Origin: Veleropilina oligotropha
Taxonomy: Eukaryota
Length of the DNA stretch: 64,000 nt
NCBI GenBank assembly: GCA_048128005.1
Contig: JBEUKZ010000080.1
Location: forward strand, 372,001 to 436,000
Reading direction: 5' to 3'
Positions 24,539 through 38,610 of the stretch are shown in pieces (the first letter of the stretch is position 1; every line of letters starts with the position of its first letter). Position numbers and translations under genes: made by a program. The notes beneath the pieces were generated by a model. That model saw only the letters and a list, made by a program, of their open reading frames with translations. It was not told the DNA's origin and made no database searches.

Positions 24539-24639
24539 CGCTAATCGCGCCCCTATATCGCACGCAACCTTGGTTTCCGCCCCTCCTCGATCTGATCGTC
24601 GACCGACCGTTATCGCCCCCGCAGAGACTGGGCCGGTTA

Positions 24640-25655
24640 ATGCATCGCCGAACGACTTATGTTTACACGCCTGGCGGTTATCAACGATCCCTTGCTAAGA
24701 AAGGAATTTCTACAGCCCTACGCATCTACCGATCGAGAAGGCTTTCCACGACTAAAGTTTATGACTACCGATGGGTTAAGTACGTGGATTGGTGTCACAG
24801 CCGGCAGGCCCCTGTGAACAAGTTTATTGAGTTTTCATCGTCGCTCTTTGAACGCGGTATGTCAGTGTCCGCCGTCAAAGCTATCGGGCAACGGTCGCGA
24901 GTGCCGTGCCCGTGGTAGCCTACCTAGCGACCGAACGATTTGGATTTCTGCGATCCTTCGAACTCAAAATTTCGACCCGTACGATACGGCCAGCCTGAAA
25001 CATCGCTCTCATTCTTACGCTCTCTTTCTACCCGTACTAGCCTATGGGCCCGACCTCTATGAGGAACTTAACGCACAAAACAGTTTTTTCTGATCGCCTT
25101 AGCGTCGGGCAGGCGTTGTTCCGTATTTCATAGTCTATCCGCAGAGCTACGAGACGTTCGTTTCCAGTCGACGGGTCGGTGATGCGGCGTCATATCTTGG
25201 GTTTCCTCGCCAAGAATCTACGGCCGAACGAAGACGCACCTGATATCGTTATCCCCAAGCTTTACGCTGGTCAGAGACCCGATGTGGACCGATGTACCTG
25301 TCATATGCGTGCCTACGTTACTACCTCGACAGGATCCGTGATACGCGGCAGGGAAAACTACGTATATTTATTCGTATTTACCTTCTTATATCCGCAACAT
25401 TACGTAGACGACTGTTTCGCGGAGGTTTTCACAGGTAGTGAGAGACTACTCTCGCTGTGAAAAGTAGGCCGCACGCACTATTGTATCGATCCGCGCACAC
25501 GAGGTCCGTGTTTTCGCAGATTCACATCTCAGCGTTGCTTCTCAAATGTCTTTATTAAGCCTTTTCTGGGGATTATTCCATGCGGCTGATGGATTGTGCA
25601 GTCTACATAGTAACTGCTCAACGATGTATTGTTAGACCGAGGTCGTCTAATCAGT
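24640..25655 (+). pseudogene. DIRS tyrosine recombinase of copy B (disrupted)
   Basis: STTKVYDYRWVKYVDWC, LIALASGRRCS, GFLAKN and AHEVR motifs. Multiple frameshifts and deletions in the C-terminal box. Confidence 0.85.
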
Positions 25656-27447
25656 GAGTATTGTTTCTTGATTGATCAATTTACATAATTTTGCTGACGC
25701 AATGTTATTTGTTGGCCTAGCTGTTCTATGAAATAGACACATATGAGGCGATTCAATGTCTGTTCATTTCTTAAAAACATTTTAAGATTTTGTACTTCAT
25801 GTCATACCTGAGTATTTTGACAAGCCAGATCACATTGAATTTAATAAATCAACTATATAATATTGCGAAAATCTTAAAGGATTTAAGGTTCAATATTATT
25901 GATGTTCTATGCTGTAATCGAACATACGATGTTCAATACATTGAAAATTGTTTAATATTTGCTTCCTTAAAATTTATTTTAAGTAACATGTCGTACATAT
26001 TTGCTTCCTTAAAAATTTATTTTAAGTGACATGTCGTACATGTTAGCGTTTCGCAAGTTGGTCATGCGAATCACTTTTAATATCGATTATTTATTTAATC
26101 TATTAATTCTTTGCTTTTGATTTGACGCTTTCACAACCTATTAGGTTCCGTGTGCCTACAAATCCGACTGCTTCCTCTGGCTACCGGCCTATGGCCCGGA
26201 GTACCATTTGGCTGCCACTGGTCCATGACACGTAAGACCTACAAGGATCCATCCTTCCGGCCGTGCCTGGGGCTGAGTGCACTTCCGCTTCACCTCGTCC
26301 GACTAACACCACGGCGTATTCTCCCGGTAACACTGGTCGAAATTCTCGCTTGGTAAGAGTAGAATATAATACTCAGTAAATTCCACTCTGGGCGGACACA
26401 ATCGACGCTTCATGCTGATTGAAGGGGTGAAAAGTAAGTCATTATCTTGTTTGGGTTGCTGTAAGGAACTTCTTACCCACCTATCCAAGGTTATTCTGGC
26501 AAGAGTAAGGACGTAAGTATGTTTGTAACTACATATGAGGTTTTTAATTAAACCTAATATTAGTTAAAACATACTTACGTCCTTACTGCGATTACCCACC
26601 CTGCGTTTCGCATTCCTCCCCTCTACTAAGTTCCTCTGGGGTTCTGAACTTTGAATTGAGGTCTTGTGATCTCGGGCTCGGATATCTCGCGAGACTTGGC
26701 GAGATCTCGCTGGGGGAACTTAGAGAGCGGGAGCAGGGGAGGTGATCGCAGTGTTTTGACTTAAAGGAGTGCTTAATGTGACATTATTCACTATTTCCGG
26801 TTAGCGATAATATGACTATTATGGCAAGAGTAAGGACGTAAGTATGTTTTAACTAATATTAGGTTTAATTAAAAACCTCATATTAATAGCAAATATATAT
26901 ACTTACATCCTTACTAATGCCATAATAAGCCTATTATCGCTAATCCGGACAAGGTGGAAAATCGCAATTTTGCACTTTCTATAAATTTTACCCTGTTGAC
27001 CACCTACCCTGTGTCACCTCCTCAAGTTCCCGCCATGTTACGAGATCGTAAAGTCTCGCGAGACTTCCCAGAACGAGGTAGACTCATTCTAATGTTTCCG
27101 CTCGTTTGACAACAATGTACAATTTGTGCTCCGTCTAGTGACAAATATTTTCGTTTTCTCCAGCAGCGAGATTTAAGATCTAGTGCTCTGAGAAGTAGTT
27201 TAACGATAGTACAACGTTAGATTCAACGTTATAAGAGTTATAAGAGTCTTGCCTGCTCATCATCCTTCCTACGAAGTCTGAAAGATCGAGTGAAATCGAC
27301 ATCCGCCATTGCCGCCGCCATCTTGAAAACTTACAACTCTAAAGAGGCCGCTCAGGGGGATATCTAGGAAGGCAGAAAGTTTCTTAGACTAGCTAAGAAC
27401 CTTTCGAGGAAGAGTATTGTGTTATCTGATATTGCTTGATTTTACTA

Positions 27448-28789
27448 CAGTGGAACCCGCTTATATGCATAGCGAGATTGTCTCGATTATTTATGCGATT
27501 ATCCAGATTATTCGTTTAACCGATTTAACCAAATCAGTAAATTTCGGAAATTACTTTTCGCCGGAAATCATCGACGATAATTACTTGTATTTAAAATAGT
27601 TCTTTATTATAAATATGTTCTGGTAATAAATTTATTTATAAATCATACTAAATGTATTTTTCCTTCCATAAAATGATAAATACGGATTGTATACACAATA
27701 TTTTGTGGTTATTCTGACCTGAAGGTGATTAGTCTGTTTCAGTAGAATTGATATAGGTTTCGAAAGCGTATCGTCGCACATCATACATTAATATGGTGTG
27801 GAAATTCATTTTCAGAACGATTCTTTTCTGCTGAACACGTGTCGCGTTATTGGCCGCAATGTTGAAAAATTTGCTTATGTTTTAATCTCGAATAGATTTT
27901 TGTATACAGTTATTGAATAATTATTTCTGGCGAGATTTAATTATTACAGTATATTATTATTTTATATAAAAAACAATATAAGATGTTGTCTTCATATAAA
28001 ATTAAAATAATAATTAAATCAGCGGTGGCAACGAGGCTAAGTATTCTCAAAAACTAGATCAGGGGAGATAATACTTCTCATTTTGTAGGATCAGTCGTTT
28101 TAATTGTTACAAATGTTGTTGTCTTAGAATTATATAATTTATCGGCGAACTAAGTTCTGTTCGTGTGAATAGATGTAACGACACCGTTTACTTTGATTCA
28201 TAAGCCTAATCTTCGATTTTGCATTCAAATAAACTCAACAGTCGGTCATTTGGATTCGGGACAATAGATTTTTAATCCCCTTTAATCTGTTTATCGTGTC
28301 ACGGTGTGTGTCTTCGCAACTTCAAAAATCGGACAAAGGCGATCGTTTATAGACCTAATTTAGCAAAACATTGATGCCGAAACAACGCTGGGTCTTCTTT
28401 ACTTTATCGATCGATAATTTCTCCGACTGTCATCGCTCATTTCCGTAACATTTCTGCACTGAAACGATGTTTACCGAACTTTCAGTTCCGACTTTTTCCG
28501 GAAGTAAAATTATTTTGGAACCTCGTGGTTGCAGAAATGGTTCAAACTTCGAATGTTACTGTTGAATAAACATCTTTACGATGGCGTAGCAAGACATACT
28601 GGGAAATACGCAAGTATTTTGATCAATTTTAGCGATTTTATTATCAATTATGTATTGTTTTGTCGAAATGCGATTAACCGAATATTTGCATATGATAATA
28701 ATAGTAAAATATTCTGTTCCCAGAGATTATATGCAAATAACCGGATTATGCAATTAAGCGATATGCGATTAAACGGCCGGGTTCCACTG
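27448..28789. mobile_element. Tc1/mariner-superfamily (pogo/Tigger-like) non-autonomous element, 1342 bp
   Basis: TIRs CAGTGGAACCCG and CGGGTTCCACTG with TA TSD. The empty site TTTACTACTGTAATTC is visible in C1 (~19542-19558). Confidence 0.92.
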
Positions 28790-29299
28790 TACTGTAATTC
28801 ATATATATATTAGATAAATCCTCAACGACGTTTTCCTGCTACTAAATTCTAAGTACCCTTGTTCATTCGAATTGATTTCGTCGTTGAAAAAGCAGATTGT
28901 TTAGTTATTTAACGTGCGTTATTCTGATAATCTGCTGAGTCTGGGATAGCACGCCGCTGTCTAACAAATTGATATATACATCCAAGGGGTTTTCAGGTGT
29001 TTAGGGCGGTCTCTTTGTAAACAAAGACCTCCCGTTTTCAATTTGATTTGCCGACCTACTAATAAAGTTTTAAGTAGGTTATAAGCGTATCTCATTTCCT
29101 TATCCTAAGACTCTCGGATAAGGTACAACCAAGGTTGTAGTAGTCTATATCACGTAATCGCAGCTACCTTTGATATACCCTTAATACCCTATTTTCACGG
29201 TGGTCAAAGTTCCAAGCACTCGGCGAAACCCATCCTCTCGGCCGACACCGGCACCAACTTAAAGGTTGGAACTGCCACCGTCGGAGCCCCCGAAAAGGA

Positions 29300-31129
29300 T
29301 GGAAGGCCCGTTACCTCCCGTGCCTCTGCCGGAGCCACACTAGGTAACGTGGACGGATCGGCTGCGCTCGGCGCTGAAGTATTCGGCAGGGTTCCTCCCG
29401 TACTTCCACCGAGCGGGGTGATAGACCCGTACGGACTGTGGTCGCAGTCGTACGGGCCGTTCGCGACAGCTAACATGCCTCCGGGCCAGTTTTCTGTTGG
29501 CGATCACCCGACAGGTAACCTGAGACCCTGGTTCTCGGCTCCACCTGTCCGTGCAGCCCATCCCCGTAGTGCCACGGTAACCTCAAGCGGATCACTGGCT
29601 GTTGATCCGACGCCCGTCATGCCTCCGGGTTTCTCGTACGAGAACGTCCAGGCAATGATCGCGGCGGAATTTGAGGCCCGCTGTAGGTCCTGGCTACCGG
29701 CTACCCAGCCGCCCCAGGTCCCAGCAACTCTGACCGCGGCGCAGGGCTCGGCTCCTGCCTCGGTGGTGGAGGTGAACCCTCGTTCCGATGAGGACAACAC
29801 CTCCGATCACTCCGACCTCCCTGAATCGGTCGGACCAGACGACTCGTGCAGTCAGTCTGGCACGCAGGAAGCCGTCTCCACCACCCGCCGAAGATACGAC
29901 GCTGTTGCGTCGCTTCGCGGGGTGCTTGGCTTGCTCGACCCGACACCATCGGTAGGTTCTTTAGCCAAGCACAGGACAGCGGCACATCGGTTTGCTGAGT
30001 CTGAAGCTCCCCGGCTTCCCGTACTCCCCCAGTCTGGTCTGGTCTACCTCGCTCTCGATACCGCGACCAAGCACATTCAGGGGCGCAAATCGGTGGAGAC
30101 CTCCTCTTTAACGGAGTACCCTGGTGGTCTTCGTAGAGGTAGGTACCTCCGACCAATAAGCGACTGATTCCGATCGGCTGCTCTGGGTCGTGTCTGGCGA
30201 CTTAGCCGGCTCAGATTGACGTTGCCATGCATCGTTGGATGGCCAGTACAGCTCCCTTGGTAGCGAAGGTGCCATGGAAGCCTTCGAGAGCTCCGCTCGT
30301 CCATTTCTATGGCATTCGTCAGTCCAGGACTTCTTCCTAGACGGGGCGATTGCGGTACTACAGGAGAACGGACCACGCGCTCGCGAGACCGCACTGTCCT
30401 TTCTTCACGAGGTTGCCGCCTCCTTGGAGACAAACGCGTCGGAGTCAGCCCGTGTCCTGGGTAATGTGATCCTACTTCGTAGGGACGCATGCCTAGACGG
30501 CACTTCGTTAGATGACGCCACCCGGCGTTCACTGCGATGTGTGCCGTTGTCGGCCTCTACTCTCTTCGGTGACCAATTCACCGAATTCGTCGAGAAGAGA
30601 GCGGCCGATCTGAAGGACCGGGCGATCGAGAAGGCAGTTCTGACTCCTCGGGGTCTGCCTGCCGACTCGATGAAGCGTTCGGGCCCACCTCGGGCCCGGA
30701 AACCTTCGAAGCATGCAAAACCCTCGACTAGTCGGCCACCGGCCAAGAAATCTAGCTCGAGAAAAGCACCTCCGACTAAATCCCGTCAGAGCGGGAGAGG
30801 GAAGCCGCCACGGCCCTAGGGTTGCCGGCACTCACGACGAGCTCAGCTGCGCGCTCCCGGCGGTGGAAGCGTGTCTGTTGGCATACAGCCAGACATGGCT
30901 AGAGCTGACAGACTGCAGCTGGGTTCACTCGGTCGTGAGTGCTGGTTACAAGTTGGCATTCAACCGGCATCCAACCCTAGACGCGGCACCACCACCAAGA
31001 CGCGCTCGCCTCCTTCAAGGAGAAAAACAAGCGGTCTTAGACCAGGCAGTGCGGGAATTACTCCTGAAAGGAGCCATATATCCCGCGCCGCCCAGCACAC
31101 CAGGATATTACAGCCATTTCTTCCTGGTC
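29300..31129 (+). pseudogene. gag remnant and first part of pol of DIRS copy C2
   Basis: ORFs 29349-30167, 30235-30819 and 30713-31129 align with gag/pol of A and B. The gag N-terminal Cys/His region is absent. Confidence 0.85.
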
Positions 31130-31540
31130 AGATCACTGTTCATCGCCCATGACACGAGTGCCTACAAGGAGTTTCCTTCCGCACGGTGCCTGGAGCTGAA
31201 TGCACTTTCGTGTTATCCAGTCCGACTAACATTCCCCGGCGTGCTTTCCCAGATTTTTGGTCAAAACTCACCGCAGGGGTAAGAGTAGATTACAGATACT
31301 CAGTAAATCCACTCTGGGCGGACTACTTCAACGCTTCGCGTCGACTTCATGGTAACAAGTAAGTTTTAATCTTGGTTTATGGAACTTAATCCACCTCCAA
31401 GCTGATTCTGGCATTAGTAAGGACGTAAGTATATTTGCTATTAATATGAGGATTAAAGGTAATCCTAGTATTAATAAGAATATACTTACGTCCTTACCCT
31501 GTTTGCCCACCCTGCGCTGTCTCGAACCTCCCCTCTTATA

Positions 31541-33785
31541 ATAATGTAAGCGCTTTGAGCACGCATTCCATATGTGTGGGAAAGCGCAGATAAGTCTTCA
31601 CATTATTAGGGCTTCAAGCTCTTTCAAGCTTGAAGCCCTATTGAAATTGTACCGGTTATTATTCTTATTCTGACGTTTTTTTGTGGGCACTTTAGCGCGA
31701 AAACGGCTATAGCTACAGCTTTCAAAATTCATGTGTGCTTGGGCACATCATTGAAGCATTGCCTCGTTCTATTTTCAAGTTTCATGGCGCTAGTAGTCTG
31801 GTGGCCATCTTGAATTACGTCATAATTCTGACGTTTTTTGTGGGCACTTTAGCGCGAAAACGGCTATAGCTACAGCTTTCAAAATTCATGTGTGCTTGGG
31901 CACATCATTGAAGCATTGCCTCGTTCTATTTTCAAGTTTCATGGTGCTAGTAGTCTGGCGGCCATCTTGAATTACGTCATAAACTAGCTTCTTTTATAAC
32001 TTTGTTAATATTTAACCTAGCGGGACATGATTAGTATATTCGGATGCCAGAGTCGCTTGTCAAAAATGTCATGAGAGTGGATTTTTGAATTTTTAATTTA
32101 ACCGGCGGCCATACTGAAATCAATTTAAAATGGCTATATCTTGTTCTTATTCTGACGTTTTTTTGTGGGCACTTTAGCGCGAAAACGGCTATAGCTACAG
32201 CTTTCAAAATTCATGTGTGCTTGGGCACATCATTGAAGCATTGCCTCGTTCTATTTTCAAGTTTCGGGATTTTATGCTTTGGTCGTAATCTTCAATTTTG
32301 TAAAAAAATGACCTCTTTTCAAAAACGATATAAGTCTTACACGGCTTTCGAGATCGAGACAAAATCTTCAAAGGCATGATCTAGATTATTGAGACAACAA
32401 TCTCTTGGAAATGAAATTTTCATTTTTTCAATGCTAAGATCGCTACGGGCGTCCTAATCTCAATTTTGTAAAAAAATGACCTCTTTTCAAAAACGATATA
32501 AGTCTTACACGGCTTTCGAGATCGAGACAAAATCTTCAAAGGCATGATCTAGACTATTGAGACAACAATCTCTTGGAAATGAAATTTTCATTTTTTCAAT
32601 GCTAAGATCGCTACGGGCGTCCTAATCTTGACAAAATTTTGAAGTTTTTTCAATTTTTCATTTCTGCAGTATCTTTCAATGCACTCCACGAAATCTTTCC
32701 AATCTTCCAGGGTGAGTGCGCATCGATATCAAGTAATGTTTGCCGCAAAATTTTAGCCAATAAATGCCATGGTTTCGTCGCAATCTTTGATTTTTTGAAA
32801 ACATTAAAATGCGCTTTTCTCAGAACTGAGTAGCGTGATCTTATCGACACTTGGTAGTTTTGACAAAGCATTATATCGGTATATGTTGTTCTAATGGAAT
32901 ACTTTGTGAGACAAATTAAAAAGGAGTTATGAAGACATTAAATTTCAAAATTAAATTGACTGTAACTTCTTTAATTTTCATTTATATGAAACGTGACGCA
33001 ATTCATTTTATTCGTATCGAAAATATCTAATGTAATATCTATAGAATACATCGCTAAAATGAGTTGCTTGAGAGTTATTAGACTTAGTTTTTTAGATGAA
33101 TATTGCTTCATAGCGCCTCTAAAAATCGTCCTTTTCTTCCAGATTTTCGCATAAAATATACTATATAAAGATCGTTATATTAGAGAATTGTGACAAGAAT
33201 ACAATAAGTACTTTCATTGTTTAAAAAATACTATTTTAATTCCTCGTCTCATTTCGACGCGACCAGCTCAGTGCTAATTGCCTTATCAGATGAAGTAGGC
33301 AGTTTATGAGCCTGTCTCTTTGAGGTGTCATAAAGCCGCGTGCCAACCCTGTCCAGTGGACAGCAAGGCCCTTGAGAAGTTCTGCTATCAGGCTTAAGTA
33401 AACATTTAGCCAACAGAAGGCTACATGATTCAGTAACTGTTAATATATGGTGAAAACATTGATATTCTGTTGGTCAGTCCAGTTGCGCATTCATTATTAT
33501 AGATACTTCTTAATTTCCATCATAGGTTAATGCACAAGATAATAGATTTAAAAACTACTATGCGGCGTAGAAATCTAAGATTGGCGGCATTCGATTCAGA
33601 GTGGCCATATGTATATCTTAAAATATAAAAAATATTTTTTTAAATTTAGTATTTTTTTGTAATTTTTTATTTTTTTTTAAATTAAACTTTTTTATTTTTT
33701 TGTATTTTACGTCTTTTTTTTATTTCGTTTATCTGATTGAAGCCCTCACAGCTGCTCGCAACTTTAATTATTTATTATTATTATA
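31541..33785 (+). mobile_element. Short L2-type LINE/SINE 3' tail whose (TAT)n tail is split by a HINE
   Basis: TGTAAGCGCTTTGAG...AAAGCGC stem followed by ATTATT (31541-31607). (TAT)n resumes at ~33769-33785. Absent at the homologous position of A and B. Confidence 0.55.
31606..33768 (+). mobile_element. HINE-like element with ~157-bp (x3) and ~170-bp (x2) internal repeats
   Basis: 5' AGGGCTTCAAGC...GCTTGAAGCCCT stem (31608-31639), 3' subTIR TTGAAGCCCT (33737-33746) and hairpin AGCTGC-TC-GCAACT. Repeats at ~31669/31826/32150 and ~32287/32456. Confidence 0.8.
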
Positions 33786-34468
33786 TAAGTTCCTTATGCT
33801 CTGTGGTTGCGCCGAACTTTCGAATGAGTCTGCCTCGTTCTGGGAAGTCTCGCGAGACTTTGCGATCTCGTAGCATGGCGGGAACTTGAGGAGGTGACGC
33901 AGGATAGGTGGTCAACAGGGTAAAATTTATAGAAAGTGCAAAATTTGCGATTTTCCACGTTGTCCGGATTAGCGATAATAGGCTTATTATGGCATTAGTA
34001 AGGACGTAAGTATATTCTTATTAATACTGGGATTACCTTTAATCCTCATGTTCTTCGAAGATGGGTGACCTTGACCTTTTTTCAAGGTCACATGCCTCTG
34101 AAATGTATACCATATGCAGGTCATTGATGAGTCAGACAATTGCCTTTATTTTACGTGAGCATATTGGCTTATGAAAGTTTCCTTTGGTGGATGATTATCT
34201 AAGAAAACAAAAGGCGATCATTGCTGGCATTTTTTTACTATTTTTATTTACAATTATAACAACATGAATATTTTCATATTTAGGTAGTATCATACAAAAC
34301 ACACAATATGTATACATGATTAAAATGCAAAATGATAATACACAATTTCATGAATTATATCTTTAGTGAATGGCCTAAATCGCCAAGATGAAAATTATAT
34401 TAGATTTCATGTAAAAATTGTACTACTCAGTTGCACTTAGATTAGAGTTCATGTTTCATATAGAGTTC

Positions 34469-34469
<1 letters not shown>

Positions 34470-34515
<46 letters not shown>

Positions 34516-34604
34516 TGTATGTGTGTATGTATGTATGTATGTATGTATGTATGTATGTATGTATGCATGCATGCATGCATGCATGCATGCATGCACGCAT
34601 GCAT

Positions 34605-34667
<63 letters not shown>

Positions 34668-34668
34668 C
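34470..34668. repeat. Compound microsatellite (TA)n-(TATG)n-(TGCA)n-(CGCA)n
   Basis: Directly visible. Confidence 0.98.
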
Positions 34669-36391
<1,723 letters not shown>

Positions 36392-36821
36392 TTAATGGTG
36401 TCAATCGAGTCTACACGTACGCAACCGTACAAACAGTCACACCATGAAGGAGACATCATACCAGCTTGAAATTCATCATATACATTAAAAAATGATTTCT
36501 TTCTAGGGATATAAACTTATTATATTTAATTTTGCAGTATGTTGCAAAATAACAATTTAGAGTTTTTGTTATATAACCGATGACGTCGCTATACACACAT
36601 CATACACACGAAACGCGTGCTTGTGAAAGTGACCGATGACACAGCTTTTGTGCAAGAATGATGAATACGTACTGTCAAACCGAGGACATGCGACATTTTG
36701 TTTTTGGCCACGCTCAAAACAAGACGCAAATTTATTGAGGCTTATGATGTAAACAAGTTAATCTTGAACAGATTGACAACGGCTATTTCCGTATTTTGGG
36801 CATAAATATCATTGGATGAGG

Positions 36822-37091
36822 ATGGATCGATGTTTAATATGCTGTATATTAGTATTACAATCATCAGGTTCAAAGCAGGACATGTTCATATTATCGCGGG
36901 AGGAATTCTCGGTCGCCGGGGAAAAGACGCCTTTCTCGGATCAGTTAGACATAGCCTTCAGACAACTGTCATTCATAACTGAACAAATAACGCCAATTAT
37001 ATATCCCAACTGAGATTCGAACCCACAACTGCCTATATGAGCCAGTGATTGCAGAGTCTGCAAACGCAACCACATGACTGTCGGAGCTGCC
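36822..37091 (-). mobile_element. tRNA-derived SINE copy (family S1)
   Basis: B-box GGGTTCGAATC on the minus strand (~37013-37024). Body shared with the other S1 copies. Confidence 0.65.
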
Positions 37092-37123
37092 TCATGAAGA
37101 TGAAGATGATATGTATTTATATA

Positions 37124-38600
37124 TACTGGGTAGATAAAGAAACGCAACAAAGTAAAAATGCCATATTTATCATAATTTTATAGTTGTCAATTTCAAAGTT
37201 TGCATATCGTATTTATTCTGCTTTATGCACGGGAATTTCGTACTGTTTACCACATATGGCTATCAGGTCACACTGGGGCTGAGTTAAGTCGAATTACAGG
37301 TTTTGTCTGTGCACGTGAACATGATGTTTTCTAATCCATGCAAAACATGCACGTTTGTTCATTTAGGATTGACACAGAAAAGTCATACGATAGAAGTTAT
37401 TTAAACGTATTCAAATTATGGTACGGTTGACTCAGAATCAACGTAAGGAGGCAGCTAGGATGTTACTTGCTGGAACTATTTCTCGTCTAAATCAACGTCT
37501 CAGGCATACAGGCACGTCGGCCGACCGTCCTCGGAGTGGACGTCCACGCGTAACGTTACCTCGGCAGGACCGTTATATCCGACTGGCCCACTTACGCCAT
37601 GGATTCCGTACTGCCACAGAAACAGCGAAGAACACACGAGGCACACACAACAATAGGATAAGCAAGTCCACCGTACTCAACCGCTTGCGCGAGGTTGGCC
37701 TGAAGGCTTTCCGCCCTTACATCGGATTGCCTCTTACACAACGTCGACGTCAGGTTAGAATGGAGTGGCTGCGCCAGCACAGACCCAATGTGTTTCCTCT
37801 CCACCGCTGGAGACGTATCCTGTTCACAGACGAGTCAAGGTTTCTACTTTACAGGTCTGATCGTCGGCAACGTGTCTTCCGACGTAAAGGTGAACGTTAC
37901 GGCAACAACTGCGTGGTGGAACGTGACCGGTTTGGTGGAGGTGGTGTTATGGTGTGGGGCGGCATCTCTCATGGAAAGAAGACACCGCTTGTTGTCATTG
38001 ATGAAATCTTAAACGCACAACGGTATTGTGACAATGTTCTTCAGCCGGTCGTAGTTCCCTTTGTGCGGGAAAATGACGTCACACTGCAACAAGACAATGC
38101 ACGTCCTCATGTGGCAAGGCTAACCATGGAATTTCTACACACAAACAACGTTGACGTGATGAACTGGCCACCATACAGCCCCGATCTCACCAATTGAGCA
38201 TATTTAGGATATCCTAGACAGACGTACGGCAACGAGAAAATCCGCCGTCAAGCCATCGGGAATTACGTCAGGCGTTGCTTGAAGAATGGCAGAACATTCC
38301 CATCGCTCAGGTCAACCGTCTGATCCAGTCCATGACTCGGCGCGTACGTTCTGCACTTGATGCAGGTGGGGGACATATTCGGTATTGACTGCTATCAATT
38401 TAGACATTGTTCTGAGATACCCTGTGCTAAGGTTAGTGTGGACATGTATGTATTTGGCAGCTCTGTTTATTCTTTTCGTACCTAACTGGTAGCGAACATA
38501 TTGAACTTACTTTGTGTCATAAACTTATTACGTGAAACCATGTTATGTTCATAAAAAATCTGCAAATAATCCCTTGTTGCGTTTCTTTATGGTCTTAGTA
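37124..38600 (+). mobile_element. Tc1-family DNA transposon, ~1.48 kb
   Basis: Imperfect ~27-bp TIRs (TACT......ATAAAGAAACGCAACAA and its complement), TA on both sides, and a central transposase. Confidence 0.9.
37418..38388 (+). pseudogene. Tc1 transposase (DD34E), inactivated
   Basis: RPRSGRPR, FTDES, VMVWG, QQDNA and WPPYSPDL motifs. A frameshift after SPDL restores PIEHI*DIL with D-34-E spacing and an in-frame stop. Ends GGHIRY*. The N-terminal HTH is partly deleted. Confidence 0.93.
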
Positions 38601-38610
38601 TATATTTAAT

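Larger units (their letters stand above)
19589..26883 (+). mobile_element. DIRS1-like retrotransposon, family 1, copy B (full length, apparently identical ITRs)
   Basis: Left ITR ~19603-19802 is the reverse complement of ~26647-26846 with no mismatch seen by eye. ICR 26497-26587. TAT at both junctions. Confidence 0.96.
26881..34051 (+). mobile_element. DIRS family 2, copy C2: non-autonomous deletion derivative with nested insertions
   Basis: Left ITR ~26897-27095, ICR 31409-31497, right ITR ~33815-34015 plus extension. gag remnant at 29300-30819. pol stops at YSHFFLV (~31129) and jumps to the 3' non-coding region. Confidence 0.92.
6226..34110 (+). mobile_element. Host HINE-like element with 62/63-bp satellite, interrupted by a TIR element and the DIRS nest (3' end uncertain)
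   Basis: 5' TTTATGCCC...GGGACATA stem, (TA)n and GTCC microsatellites, then the 62/63-bp repeat. The repeat resumes in register after each insertion (8719, 17535). Sequence after 34051 (GAAGATGGGTGACCTTGACC...AAGGTCAC...ATGCCTCT) resembles host subunits at 18630-18810. Confidence 0.55.
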
